Shown here: piece by piece, positions 37,888 to 51,339 of the stretch | How the letters are laid out: every line of letters starts with the position of its first letter | Position numbering within the stretch: the stretch's first letter is position 1 | Source of the DNA: Raillietiella orientalis | Lineage: Eukaryota | Direction of reading: 5' to 3' | Length of the DNA: 64,000 nucleotides | Assembly: GCA_036172245.1 (NCBI GenBank) | Contig: JAYWIR010000009.1 | Span: 2,790,001-2,854,000 of the forward strand | The notes under the pieces: generated by a model | Databases searched by the model: none | Seen by the model: the letters and a program-made list of their open reading frames with translations, nothing else | What the model was told of the DNA's origin: nothing | Program-made: the position numbers and the translations under genes

Positions 37888-38310
37888 TTGCTCGGCTCCC
37901 GAAAATTCGATCGGGGGTTTCCGCCGGAATTTTTTCGGCTTCGGGATGGGAGGAGACGCGCTTCGCCTTGCCATGCGACCATGCGACCTTCTCTCATCCG
38001 GTAGGGCCGCAGGCTCGTTTTTGTGCGGCTGCAGATGGAACCTCAGGGCCTGTTTTGAGATCAGCGCGTGCGCCCTGAGAAGCAGCCATGTTCAGGATCT
38101 ATGCGGAGCCGGTTGCCTCGGTTTCCCTGTACTGCAGGTTTCCTTCCCCGAGGAGATCTCTCCATCTGCCGCTTGGGAGCGATCCATTTCAGGAATGGCG
38201 GGTTCGCCTCGCAGAGCTTCCGGTTCGCTCCCCCTCGTCCGGGAACGTCGTGCCCGCCGTGCTGCGACTGGTGCGCCCCCGTTGGTATTTCGGGGAATGG
38301 AGAGGTCGCG
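37770..38310 (-). pseudogene. RNase HI-like domain remnant
   Basis: RNTNGGA (~YTDG), QYRETEA, TCNDADRNS (~GNExADRLA). Confidence 0.45.
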
Positions 38311-38899
38311 GGGAGCGACCCCGGATTTAAATGACACGATGATCCATTCCATATGAATCGAAGGAATTCTTCCAGAACACTTCCGGGAGTGCAAAGATTC
38401 CCTCCCTAGATGGAAAAAACCCTTGATCATGAAATTGCCCTGCATGGGCTGAAAGAAATCCGGGACATTGAAGAATCTTCTGCTGGCGAACGCTTCGTGT
38501 GGGGGTAAGGCGAACGGAACCTCAGGAGCGGGAGCGCGGTCCCGGGATCGAGACGGGAGGAGCGCTGATCTGCGGATGCGAATCGATAGCCGGTCTTCCT
38601 CTTCTACGTTGGATGCGCGTGTGCTTCACAACCGTCAACATCATCTTCCTCCTTAATGACGTTTTTTTTTTTCCCATCCATTCGGGAAGAAATCATTTGA
38701 GATTCCTGAGGAAAGGAGGCTGAACGGAAAGATTCACACAGGAGGAAAGGGAGGAGACGATCTGCAACCTGTGCAATGCCTCCCAGGAGCAAACGGCCGT
38801 CCAGGAAGGAAACTCTGTGTAAGGAAGGTCTCCGGCGAGGCCGGAAGGATGGGATGGACACACACGTTCTCCCAGCAGACAGACACCAGAAGGTCTTCA

Positions 38900-40110
38900 G
38901 AGGGACAGAGGTCAAGCAGAGGGGCACCATTGGTCCAACCACGTTCATTCCAAACCTTCCGGGTCACCGGTACGCAGACCAGTGAGGTCCTCTACGGCAG
39001 CAGAAGGGAGTGGGCAAACAAAAACAAAAATAAATAAATTGGGGGGAGGGAAGGGGTCACCTTCTGCTGGGGATGATCCTTCGCATCCTTTGGAGCATGC
39101 CAGCGAAGTCTTCATGGATGTTTCTGTCCAGGTGGGGCCACCTTGTTGCCATCCTCAGGAAGCGGGCGGTGAAGTAGATGTGGCATCCCTGTTTCTGTGC
39201 CCTCCTGTTGGATTTTCTAGGCAGTGATGATCTCGCATAGGCAGCACAAGGGCGCTAGCGAGTACACCGGCCGAAGGACGTCGCGTAGAAGGAGGGAGGA
39301 TCGTAAAGCGTCCCTGGAAGGGGTCTCCAGGGGTTCCAAGGGTCGCGGCAAAGCTTTCCTTGAGGAGCTGGAGGGCAAGCCAATTCACAAGCAGGTGCGG
39401 GAGGGATTCACGCTTCCTACACTTGCCACAGTTGGAGTTCACCCCTACCCACCCCCTATGTCCAGTGATGCCGGCGGGCGCCTCAAGGGATACCTCAGTT
39501 CCTCAGCATCAGCACCGATTCCTGCCACTTTAATGGAAGAGTGTGGCTGTAGAAAAGCACCGGGAAGCCGCGGAAGAGTCCCAGTAGCCTGCTCCATTGC
39601 AAAATTCCTCGTGGAAGGGAACACTTGGGGTCGCAGTGTCTGTGAGCTGGCTCGTCGTCCACTCACCCAGTCCTCTTCTCGTGGATATTTCAGCAATGAC
39701 CTCTTATTTAGCTGCGAGGCTGCTGCCCGTAAGTTCCCTGAGGGAGGACAGCGCCGCGGCGACAGAGGTTTCTCCTGCCCACACACTCTTCATGGGATGG
39801 TCCAGGATCCCCCGTAGCGAGCAGTTGCCACAGAAACCGTGCAGCAAGAGCTGCACCTGTTCTGGGCGTGGCTCTCTGTGTTTCGCCCTCATGCAGACGG
39901 TTTCCCGCGGCCAGGCAACACCGTTCGCCGGTGCGGCACGAGATCCATCCCATGTTCTTTCTGGCGAGCGTGGCCACCCGCCGAAGCTGCAGTTCGCGGT
40001 GGGGGGACGACGAGAGTTTCGAGCTGACGGTAGTCTGCTCGACGAGGAGGAGGCGCTCAAGTCGCGCCAGACGGCGCTCGACAACTTCGCCACCAGGGCA
40101 AGCGTCCGGA
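38900..40110 (-). mobile_element. LINE 3' portion, subfamily A2
   Basis: NCGKCRKRESLPHLLVN; A2 3' UTR at 38958-39005. Confidence 0.8.
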
Positions 40111-40169
40111 ACTAGAGCTGCTGCGGCTCCAGCCGCTCCAGCTTCAGGAGATAGAGACCGCCGCCTGCT

Positions 40170-41150
40170 AAGGAAGTAGAGAACGGAGGGAGAGGACAAT
40201 AAAGAAATAAAAAAACGACGGGTAGGTAGGAACGATGGTCTTTTGTTTTATTCGTGCCTTTCTTCCTAGAAGAGGCTGTGCATGGTGACGACCTCTCCGA
40301 TGACTTCTGGCAGGCGAGGACACTCCTGCAGCTGTCCTCGTATCGGCGGCCGCCATGCTGGCGACTTCTCTTCGCTGCGAACGAGACTCCAGCACGTAGT
40401 CGCGATCAACAGATCGTTGCATTCACGGCTCCCGTCTTCAGTCCGCCTTGAGCGAAGAAGCGCCGCGGCAAGTCTGAAGAGGTGCCCTCTGGGTGGCGGA
40501 CTGCCGAGGCGAGTCTCCACTACATGTCCCCCAGGGCACTTCAGTCCAACAGGAGGTGCGAGATCGATCCCATCCTACCGCACCTGGAACAGTTCCCATC
40601 CTCTGGAAAACGAGGTGCCTGCGTTGGTTGCATCGGAATCCCCCAGTGCAGACATCAGCAGCAGAACATCCTATGGTTCCTAGCAGAGCGGGAACACCGA
40701 CACCTCCGCACACAGAAAAGGGACTACGAGTTCTTTGAAGAGAACAACGAGGAGGAGATCGCTCCACCGAAGTCGTGGTCCACCGTTTCCGGGCAACAAG
40801 GAGTGGCGGAGTTCACCAGCTCGCTCGTCTTTTTAGCAGTCGAGGAGTTTCACGACTCTTGCAATGTTTCAGGACAACTTTCACCCCACCGGTTGGGTGC
40901 TCCAATGGTTTGACCGGAGGGCAGATAGTGCTGCGGCAAGACGGCTATCCGGGACCACTGCATCCACTCCTGCGGGATATCTCCTACAAGTTTGCATAGC
41001 AGTTTTCCGCAGCCGACTCTGTAAGTGGACCTCTGGGTCTACTTCCAGAGTACCTTCCAGTGCCGCCTGCCGTCAGGCTTTGAGGGAGGTAGATCTGCGG
41101 CTGAGCTATCAGGAGTGACGACAATTGCCTCAGGGGGAAACCAAGTCCAG
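40170..41150 (-). mobile_element. LINE 3' portion, subfamily A4
   Basis: HWGIP/CNQRRH across a frameshift; collinear homology with 52200-53170(+). Confidence 0.75.
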
Positions 41151-41199
41151 TCTCCCTAAGGGTTGCTCGGCAGCAGCAAAGGAAGTTCTTCGCTTGCGG

Positions 41200-44100
41200 G
41201 ACATCACCGGAAGATGTGGAGTACACGTGACCAGTCCACAATTGGCCACAGAGGAACAAAAGTCGTACCTGCACCTGCAGTCCGATCCTGCGAATGGTCA
41301 GGATGCCGGAGTCGGCGTGCCGGTACTTCCGGGAGCCGGCACCGGTTCGGGAGGAGCATTCACTTTCTGTGGGTTGAGTGAGTGTGCGTGCTCGGCGGGT
41401 ACACTCGCGCACGACGACACGCGACAGGCGCCGGCCCCGAAAGCCCCATAGTGGGAACGCGCGCACCTCTCCCTCTCTGAACGGCCTTCAGGTGCTCCCG
41501 GAGGCAAAAAGGACCTCCCCGTTCCTGGATGGCATGCACTCCTCTCCCTCCGGGGTGTTCCCCTCCGCACGACCCCCTGCTTCTCATCTGCCCGCCAGCA
41601 GACCGATCTCTTCCTGAGGACAGCCCTTACGGTCGTTCTGGATCCACGGTCCGCCTGGAAGTTTTGGTGGTCCCGCTTCGGACTCACTACATGCAGGAGC
41701 TGGCGATGCGGTCGCCGTATTCCGAGGGCCAACGGATTCGGAGGACAAACCAGCAGCGACCCTCCGGCACGCTCCTGATCGCCTGCGACGCGCTGACGTC
41801 TCTGCCGTCAAGCGATGCTGCAGTCACTGCATGGTGAGGCCCTCCGGCCTCTTTCTGGAGCAGTCGCTCGCTGGGGAGATGCCAGCTTAGTCCCCGAGCG
41901 CCCCCCGCAGACCCGGTCGGCTTGCAGCCGGGAGGCAGAAGCGAACGCACTCAGGTGCACTCCTTCCGGTGATCCACCTCGTGCGTCGGCTGGTCGTCCC
42001 CGGAGAGGGAGGGAAGGAGGGAGGGAGAAGGAGCAAGTTAGGACTCGAAGGGAAGTGGGCCCGTGCAATCGGCACCGTCCTCGGCCGCCACACCAAGCGC
42101 CCTCCGGCTGGGCTACGGTTGTCGACGCGCCGCAAAAGACCCCTTTGGGGATGGTTGCCAAGGAGTTGGGGAGGAGAAGGGGGCCAAGAGCCGTTTTGCG
42201 CCAGATGCACCTGCTAAGGACGGTGTGCCAGCCGGGTCTCTGTGCAGTCGGTCAGAGCGCGGTGGGCACCCAGCCACCACTCGGTGAAGGAAACTTCTCC
42301 GAAGCTGCACCAGGTGACAGGACGGTCGCGGAATGCATCCGTGGTCGGAACGCGATGCCGTCCCTCGTTCGTGTAGGATCCATCCCCGAGTGCTTCCCCC
42401 CTAGCATCTGGACGCACACGACCAACCACAGGGACCTCCGCGCGGCGTTCCCGTCCTCCGTCCATCTTCCCCTTCCCAGTGGCGCGCGCCACTTTGACCT
42501 GAGGGGGCTCGTCTCCGCTTCCTTCTCCTCCCCCTGACCGCGGAGTGCGGTCCCGAAGGTCCCTCTCTTCGATCGGCCCGTGCGGGAACCCCCGGAAGCA
42601 ACCGGACTACGGACGTCTCTCCGGGCTTTGGCGTCGCCCTGGAAACGGTCCCCGGCTACTCCACGCTCCGACGAGCAGCGGCCTTTCCCGCATCCGCCGC
42701 CAGACGGATTCGATTCTCTTACCATCCTGCCTTCCATCCCAGTCCCCCCAGGCAGCCAGCCCCCATGCAGTGGGGCCTCTCTCTCCCGGACGACCCTCAG
42801 CTCCCCCTGGAGTTCCCGGCCTCCACTTCCGGGAGGGATCGAAAAGCGACCGGAAGTGAAAGGGTGAAGCACGCAACGCCAGCACTCTCCCTGTGGGGGG
42901 GAAGGAGGGAAAAGAGGCCTTTCCCTGCCCTGAGCGGCATGGAAGACCGGAAGAAAAACTCTGGAAGAGGGAAACCGGAACAACAGGAGAAGACGGAGGA
43001 GGAGGAGGAGGGAGACACCGAGACTCTCTCGGTGCGCTTCACTTGCGTTGCCCGAGGCTCTCGAGGGAGGTGCGGTCCCCTGCCGTCGCAGGAGGCACGA
43101 ACTGCGCCCCTCTATCGCCCTTTAACCTGAGTGGGGACCTTCGCGTGCGCTGGCGACCCCCTTCTTCGCAGGGACTTCCTCTCTCGTCCCTAGGGGATCG
43201 CTGCTGATCTTTCGCCGCCTCTCTCTCCATCTCCCGCCCGCTGGCGAAAGAGCGCCGGCAACGCTCGCAGCAGCGGCCGCGGGGAACTTCGGTCAGTCTC
43301 CTCGCGCCCCGCTCCGAGGGACCGCCTTCCGGCTCAATTCGGCGCCTCCTCGGGGGCGAGAGCGGGTGGAGAGTGGCCTTCCGGGCGACATGCCCCACGG
43401 AAAAGGCGCTACCCACCCCTCTCCGCAAAAGGGGCTTGGCCCTCCCGCCCAATTCGGCTGCTGGACCCGGAGGAGAGGCCCTGGGAACGTCCCACGGCCG
43501 GCGGCAGCGACCCCACATCCGGTTTCCTTGGAAGCCGGATACGGAGGGCATCGCGCCTTTCCTCTGCCTGCGGCCCCTCTCAAGGCGGCAGCCACGTGAC
43601 CCACCCACGGATTGCCGATCTCCGACGCTCTCAGGGAAAAGACCCGGGTCGGACCGCTTCGCATCTTCCCGGAGGGGGACGAGGAGGGAAGGATGGGGGC
43701 ATTGGGACCTTCGCCTTCGTTCCTGGCAAAGGGGAAGAGCGACCCATGAGGGAAGGAGGGCCTCTTTTCCCTTCTCAGTCCCCACGAGCCTTTCTCAGGC
43801 CCTCTCAGCCCCACTTGCGACCTCCAGTCGCTCCCGCACCAGGAAAGGATCCTTCTCCATCTAGCGGCGTCTCCTCCTCTCAGATGACCATCCCCCGCGG
43901 CGAAGGCTCCAGATGTTTCCTTCGAGCCTGGAGCATGCAACGCAGTGGAGTGACCTGCCTTCCTTCCCCACTCCTACTCTCCTCGACGGGCTCCCGGAGA
44001 AGTTCCAAGAGGGCGGCAGACACGACTAGAGCTCTGCCGAGGAAGGGCGAGGAAGGGATAGGACTGCAAGAGATCGACGCCAGCCACCGAAGGGTCGCGG

Positions 44101-44460
44101 ATGAAATCCCCACTGCCTTCCCCCTCGCGGTTGGACAGGGAGGGTTGGCGAAGGGGTGAGCTCACTGACTCGTCTTGGAGGTCAGGGAAGAGGCGGCTAC
44201 GTTGATCCCACGGAGTCCCTCCGCTTGCCGCGCTCGCGCACAGACCGGGAAGATCTCTCTCTCCTAAAGCCTCCTGGCCGGAGCGGAAAGGAAGAGCGCA
44301 GCACTCTAGAGGCGCACGCGCGCGGGCACAGGATTCCTGCGGACGTTCGGTTTCGCTTCCGGGAAGCTCCTTCCGACGTCCATCAGAGCGGGTGCATGGT
44401 CGACAACGCCTCTTCCCCTACCCGGGAGGAGAGGAAAACTGCAAATTTTGTTGCGGGAGG
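41200..44460 (+). mobile_element. Decayed LINE 5' part: gag-like ORF1 and start of APE endonuclease
   Basis: GQEPFCARC and LCSRSERGGHP knuckles near 42.2 kb; GIGLQEI (~IxLQET) near 44.06 kb. Confidence 0.65.
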
Positions 44461-44833
44461 AGGTTGAATAGACGGGGTTTTTCCCAGCCCGCAGTTCGCC
44501 GCGGGCCTCGGGTCCGTCCCTGCCCTTCTTTCCTAAGAGGACGACCACCAGCATTTCAAGGAATCCTTCGGGTGGGGAGTCTGTGAGCCTCGGTAAGTGG
44601 AGCGTCCCAGTGTCCCAGCAGACGTCATAAGAGATGGGCGGGAATGGCGGAAAGTCTCGGAGCTGGGAGAGAGATCTCATCTAGAGGGAGCGTTCTCTTC
44701 CATTTCCCCGTGCGAAGGCAGGCAGTTTTGTCTACTGCCAGCAGAACCGGGCAAAGCTTCCACAGGCAGGGATTTCACAACCGCGTTCCACTCCACCGAG
44801 AGAAGCAGCTCATGGTATCGCTACAAGTAGTCT

Positions 44834-44958
44834 CATTGTTGCGAGACTCGTGCCATTGTTGCGAGCAGGTTTTCTTCGTCGCTCATGGAAATTTCATTGT
44901 TGCGAGTCTCGTTCTATTGTTGGGAGTCGTGTCTCTTGCTTGCGAGTCGAGTCTCAGT
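44834..44958 (-). repeat. Decayed 20-21-bp tandem repeat encoding TRLATM-like heptads
   Basis: CATTGTTGCGAG at 44834, 44854 and 44895; variants at 44915 and 44935. Confidence 0.7.
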
Positions 44959-45349
44959 GACGCAGAAGCTTACTCTCTCTCGTAATGGATCTCGTTTTCT
45001 CTCTAAAAGTCCGGTTCTGCTTGCTGTTGGCCTCATGCCGCTGGGATCAGTCTCAATTATTTCCTTGAGAATCTCCTTTGGATGTTATCAGAGGCATATT
45101 GTCAGAAAAGTCTCATCTTGTTCTGTGATTTACAGTGGAAAGTCTTGCGACGGGAAAAAGGTCAAGCCTCACCGCGATTTCCGAAGCAGTTCTTCGACTG
45201 GAAGAACTGAACACCGGTTTTATTTTGTCATGGAATTCTTTAGGTGCCTTCCTAATTTTTCTTTCCTTCTTTCTTTTTTCTTTTTTTAAAAAGTTAAGGA
45301 TCTCTGCAAACCACATGGCAGACAATTTGCAGGAATTTAAATAACTTCA

Positions 45350-46100
45350 GATTGATCTGCTTGATCCGGGAAGAGCATTTCACGAGCGCACTGAAGGAAG
45401 AGAAAAATATTCCATAGGGCACTTTCTGTGATGGCATTATTAGCCAAACATGGAACAAAGAACGGTCAGTCAGGAAGAACACTAAGATTCCATCCGGTTT
45501 GATAGGAGCTCAGATGGCGATTTCCATAATTGCAGATTTTGGGATGGCTTGAGAATACGAGAACTTCTTCAGCAAATCGGAATCCCACAGATTCGAAACT
45601 CGCGTAATCTCTGGGTCGTATTAGACGCGATTACAGAGCGAGCTTCAGCCGTATATTCTGCTGTCTGCAAGTGCCTCAGGGGATAACTTTAAGAGACCCT
45701 GATTTCAAGCAAAACAAATAATGGGAAAATGAACGACTTTCCGATCATTATCATCAGATGGCCATCGGATCATTCGGAAACAGGAAGGACCAAAATTTGC
45801 TGCATGTGGTGGATGGCGCTGCTGTTCGCTGGCTGCCCGGGCTAGAAAGTGTCTCTCCGTGGGACTGATCACAAAAGTAGCGAGAGAAAGAGGTTTGCCA
45901 GCTCGGAAACTTTCCAGCATGCAGCACCGTTGGTGATTTTTCTTTGATGGCTTTCCATTCCTAGGCGGACGACCTAGAAGGACACTATAAGCATGGAATT
46001 TTCCAACTATGACCCCCCAAGTGCAGGTTTTCTCACGTTCAAGAAACGTTACTGCCACGAGGGCGCCTGCAGAGCTTCCTGAAAACCTTTGATGAATGGC
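45350..46100 (+). mobile_element. Decayed RT core fragment
   Basis: LLDPGRAFH (~LDxEKAFD), IGIPQ (~GxPQG). Confidence 0.45.
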
Positions 46101-46179
46101 ACCCATTCCTTCAGACAGGGCTTTCTCCAACCGTTGTGAGCGCTGTAAAAAGAAAAAAAGGAAAAACCATGAAAGCATT

Positions 46180-46620
46180 ATTTGGGGCTGCTGCTGTCTT
46201 ACTATAGGGAAGAACTGGGAACAGCTCTCAGGTCAAAGGATTGTCCGATCGCAAGGTCTCTCGTTGCTAGGCACACACGCGGAAACCTCGAGGAGCAAAA
46301 TGTTCCTTGTGAGCGACGAACAAGTTCCCCTCCGTATGCTACTTTCCCACTTGCGATTGATGACCACGCTCGTCCCCCGAAGAACCGAGTGGAGACTCGA
46401 GTGGAACGCGCTTCTCCGAGTGACCCACCCTTCGCTCATTCGAGAGCTCGAGCACGTGCACGGCACCTCGGCAAACTCCCCAGCTCTGGCGAATATCGGC
46501 AGAGCACATCGTGCGCATGCCCAGAATCTTGCTGGGTACGGTACAGCCGAGCCCGAGTTCTTCGCAGTGCCGTTTTGTTGCCAAATCCTCAGCACGTCTT
46601 CAGGTTACAATGGCAACGGG
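46180..46620 (+). pseudogene. RNase HI-like domain remnant (open in one frame)
   Basis: LVSDEQV (~IxSDSQY), EWR..VTHPSLIREL (~GW..VxNxDL..L), HRAHAQNLAGYGTAE (~HVxAH..GNExAD). Confidence 0.6.
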
Positions 46621-47124
46621 AAGTTCCGGGTTCAGCATCCTTCAGCTGGTGATCAGTTTCAATATCTGTGGACCAGTTCTGTTCATCACTGGCATCTGCT
46701 GCAAGAGCCTTGAGCCTTGAGCCTCATTCGGTCACGCGTGACACGTGAAGACACGTAGGATCGCGTTCCTTCACTTTTAAGATCATTTCACGTTTCTGCT
46801 TGAATATGCACCAGAGATGCCTGCCACCACGTATCGAAAGAAGCTGATTCGCCCGGCGACGTCTCCAGCGCGTAGAAAGCTCTCCACGCTCACGTGGACA
46901 CATTCCAAGCGTCACTCATTTAATTAAAAATTGGGCTCTCGGTGGTGTCGTCAAATGAAGGAAGGAAAGCGAAAGTGACGAGCAGATAGGCGGTTGCGAA
47001 GGTCAGGGGGCCTCCTGAAGACATCTCGCCTTCATAAGCGCTGTTTAAGAGAACGCTCCGCTCGACATCTCAGGAGGGCTGCCAGGGAAACAGACAGCTT
47101 ATCGATCTGCTACGCATGTAATGA

Positions 47125-48440
47125 ATCGCCCGTTCATCTCGTGTTAACTATTTGCTAAATTCACTCTTAAATCTCAGTCAGCACCAGAGGATATAGGCAG
47201 CTTCCCTCTCCTTCCGTCAGGAACTCTCTGGCTCCTCGGGACAGGCACGGTGAGCTGACGGCACGGATGCAGTCTAACCGGCTCCTGGATATTCCAAAGG
47301 GGCGCGGGTTCCCGTCGAGGATAGGCAGAAACCTCTTGTAGCGCCTCAAGATGTGCCCGTGGCAGCTGTCCCTGAAGGCAGTGCTGTGACTGCGGAGGCA
47401 GCGCCTCCTTAGGCAGGTCCTCTCGAGATAACCACCTATAAATTGAAGGGTTACAGGCACCCTCCGGTGGCGTGGACAGTGTGAAAGGGCTTTGTGAGCC
47501 CTGCCTAAGGAGGCAAACGGTTCTTCAGCACTTAGCGAACCACAGCGTTGCGGAAAAGTAGGCAGTAACCATCTGTATCCCCTTGCTACAGTAGATACGC
47601 AAGTTCAGAACGTTCGAGAGTTTGTCCTCCCATGAATGTGTGCATATGACTCGCTGCTGGCAGGCGCTAAGACAGGTCCTCTCGAACGACACGTGTTCAC
47701 ATGTGATCTGTTGCAGCTTTGCCGATTCACCCTTGCCTACCACCCCCTCTCCCTTACTCTTCTTCCTTTTTCCTTGCTCCTCTTCCCTCTTCCTCCTCCT
47801 ATTTCTCACTTCCTTCTCAGGAGAGGGAACGTTCCACCCTTGCCGACCACCGAATGTCAGAGGTCACACCGAGGTTTGCAAGCGCTTTCGTTGCCACAGG
47901 CCGTCCATACGTGTCTGTGTTTCGCTTTGGTGTTTTCCTGATCTCCTTCCACTAGAGCCCACCAGCATGGCTCTCCCGGTAGGAGCGGTCGACATTTTGA
48001 AAACGAACCAACAGAGTGGCGGGCGAAGATAATGGCTGCTTGCTGGCGGAGAAGCAATCCGCCACCCTCTTTCTTTGACCTTTCCAAAAATCTTCGAGCG
48101 AGTGGCTGAGTTGGAGCGCCCCTTTGCACCAGACAGCACTAATTCGACGGAGTCTCCTGTCAGAACGAAACAATGGAGTTCCCCTTGGAGTCCCTCAAAG
48201 CTTTGCTTTCACTTTTCCCTCTCGCTTCGTTTCCGTAGCAACGGGAGCTCCTGTGAAAGCAGCCCAGGTCATAACTGGGAAGTTCCTCAGTATGGGATTT
48301 TCTTTGGAAAGGAGTGCTCCAAGCATAGGAACCCTCAAGGATCAGAAAGCAGAAGGTGGTCCACTGCAAGGGTGCGGAGTCTCCCGACCAGCCAATACAG
48401 GAAGGCGAGCATGGCTCCCACCGAACAAGGGATACGTGGG
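47125..48440 (-). mobile_element. Family B LINE C-terminal remnant
   Basis: TAFRDSCHGHILRRYKRFLPILDGNP resembles TAFRLARGQVATVYKMFLDGSP; YWLVG resembles YWLLG at 2.66 kb. Confidence 0.45.
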
Positions 48441-48599
48441 CGGGGAGGGGGGGGAGAAAGGAGCTTTTTTTTTAGAACGGAGCGTGAATGTGGATGGGGC
48501 TAAGGTGCCGAGAGCTAAGGTGCGCGGGAAGGACACTGGTAGCAACTAAGGCGAAAGAAGAAAGGACAGGCAGAGACGGCGAATGCACGCAAAGACACG

Positions 48600-50160
48600 A
48601 TCAATCCGAATGTCCAGCCGGTGTAGGGTGGCTCCTGACGTCCTCTGTGAGGAACCAAGGGGTGGCTACCGCGCTGGCTCTCTAGGTTGCTTCGAAGCGC
48701 TCCCTGAAGAGCTCGTTCCTCGGTTCCTCGGTTCTGCGAACCTAGTGGCTCCTGGACCGAAATATCCGACGGTTCCAGGTGCACAACACAGGGACCCACA
48801 CAGCTGCCAGCCCGTGAAGCCACCCTGTCAGCATTTAAGTCTGGACTCGGGGAAGTCCAGACTCAAATGTCGCACGGGAACTTTCAACATGCAGGAGTTC
48901 GTTCCGGAACGTGGGTGCATGGAGCAGCTGCGAAAAACTATGAGGATGGAAAGGCCGATCCAGCAATCAACCGATCCTAGAAGTCCAGTCCATGCTCAAG
49001 CCGGGACTCGATTTCCAAAACCGAAATCGAGTACTCCTCTTGTACTTGGGCTTCCTGTTTGAGAACGACGGAACGACGCTCCACGAAACCTGTGGGGAGA
49101 AGGAAAGGGCATTTCTGAAGGCAACCCTCACGGAACTCCAGACCTCGATATGCGTACGGACGGGCTGCTCTCCGGGAACACGGGAAAATGCAAGCGCTGA
49201 AACAATTAGGAAGCTCGGAGACTCGAAGACAAGGGCTGATGGTTTCATCAAGCATCAGAAGTGGAGATCTCTGGTTTCTTCTGGGAGATAGCGATCTCCG
49301 TTTGCACGCCTAACTCGAGAGGAAAAGGTCCCGGTTGCCAAGGGAACGGCAATGGGAATTCAAAGCATCTCCTACCGATCTGCTGCATTCTCCAAACACT
49401 CGAGTTTACCAAAGTGGCGTCTTCCAGCTTGGCAAGATGACTATCAGCTACCGAAATCAACAGAGATCCCAATGGGGAATGGTGGCAGGTTGCTGCAAAT
49501 TTTGTTTTTCCTCCTCTTGAGAATCTCTTCCGTGGATAGAAAACTCGTCTTGCATTTGTTTGTGCAGAGGTCTTTACAAGCCCGAAGACGAAAGCCTGCA
49601 AGCTCGAAGGCGAAAGGAAAGTGTCCTCAGTTCTCAAATGAAGGCGAAAGCCAAAAAGTGGGCGTTTCCTTCTTGTAGGAAGAACCAGAGGCGCTTCTGA
49701 TCTCGAAGCAGATGTTGAAAGAAGAGGCTGGAACCGGTTCGTGCCATGGTCCCTTCAAAGTGCTTCGAGCGAACGCAGGGAAGTGCATCTTTGCATCTGC
49801 CCCAACGTGAAGTTTACGAACGGCCTGCAAAGCCGCTTTCCTCAGGGGCTCTGTTGAACCGGGCCGGACTCCTCAGGGAGGAGGAATTCTTGCACTCTTG
49901 GCGCTCAGAGTGCCTTCCGTTTCCAATGCTTCCTAAAGCTCCAAACCCCAAAGCTCCCACGCGCTTCCGTGAAAAACTCTTGAACTCGTTTGCCACCACA
50001 GCAGAGGCCACTCGACGATCAAACCCTCACCCGCTTGAAAGGCACTCCTGTCCAAACGTCCCCCTAGTACCATTCGTACGCCGAGTGGTCACGTTGTCGA
50101 GACGCGCGACCTTTCCATGCGCCATCGGGGATGTTTCCTCCGTATCCACAATTTATAACT
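48600..50160 (+). mobile_element. Decayed LINE RT subdomains 4-7, thumb and C-terminal region
   Basis: SVRNQG, LSLDSGKS (~LxLNxxKS), LYLGFLF (~YLG), VCTPNSRGKGPG. Confidence 0.55.
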
Positions 50161-50449
50161 TGTAGACAAGAAGCGAAACAAATGCAAACTCGAAACGCAA
50201 GCACAAGTCTCCGAAACAAAGAAGAACCGGAAGTGACGAAGAATGAGGAACCTGCTCCGGGGTCTCTGAAAACTGAGGAGATTCGTCAAATACGCCAAAA
50301 GAGGAAATCCAACGAGGGACTCAGGAAGTGCACCCTTGCTTATGGAGGAAAGAAAGAGGAAGGGAGGAGGAAGAGGAGGAGGAGGATGCGTCAAGCCGCA
50401 GGATGCATGCGGAGTTTCGGGATGGCAGGAAGCTAGCAGATTCCTCCAG

Positions 50450-51200
50450 TGGGAGGTTAACGTGAGGACCTCAGGGTACCCGAGATTTCGTGCTTCCTTC
50501 GCGGGCGGGTGCGCGCGGCTCTCGGACCGACCGGCTCCGGAAACGCACCGGCCTTCCCTTTCTCGTAAGCCTCTGTCCGACACCCACACGCCGCCTTTAG
50601 AAGGAAAATTGCGAGGACGGTGGTCATTGCAATGAGGCCAGGAAGGCTGCCGCGTTGGCGGCCGTGAGGCTGCGTGGTCTCTGCTCGCGGCATCAAGCGT
50701 TGCGGGTTCGAATTCCCCCAGGGACGCGTCGACACCGAGAAATGAGGGGTATGCCGTCATGGGTTCCAAGTCCCCCCCCCTTCGAGCAGAATGACGCTGG
50801 TTGGCCTCGAGAGGCTTCGGGCCTTGCCTCCGTCGACTTGCAGGGATTGGAAGTCGACCCTCCGGGTTCCTTCCAGGAATCAAGGAGCTCTTCCCCTCCG
50901 GTTGAAAAAATGAAACCCTTACTTCCTCGGAGGGGACTCTCCACAGCGTGCAATGAAGCTGACTGATAACCTCAGAGGGGGGATGCTCCTCTAGAGTGTT
51001 AGGAAGAGAGCTGCTCCCTTCGGGGATCCCTTGGGATAAGAAACAATGGAACGGCGGTCCCCTCCGAGGGGTCCCCCCGGAAAGAATAAGGAGGAGGGTA
51101 TCTCTGGGGTCCCTTCCGAAGGGTAAGGGAAAAGAGGAGTCCTTCCTCCGTAGCCTTCCTGGATTCACAGGGTGGTCCCTCCGGGGTACCCTCTAACTTG
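50450..51200 (+). mobile_element. Decayed APE endonuclease C-half and linker
   Basis: Nucleotide homology with 26540-27050. Confidence 0.55.
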
Positions 51201-51339
51201 AGGAGTCAACACGCACCCTCGGGTGGCATGGGCGGTGCTTGAAGAGCTTCGTGGGTCCACCCTAAGGAGGTGGACAGTTCTTCAGCACCCTTTGAGAACT
51301 AAAGAAAAAAGGGACGGCAATTTGCGGACGGATGCCGGG

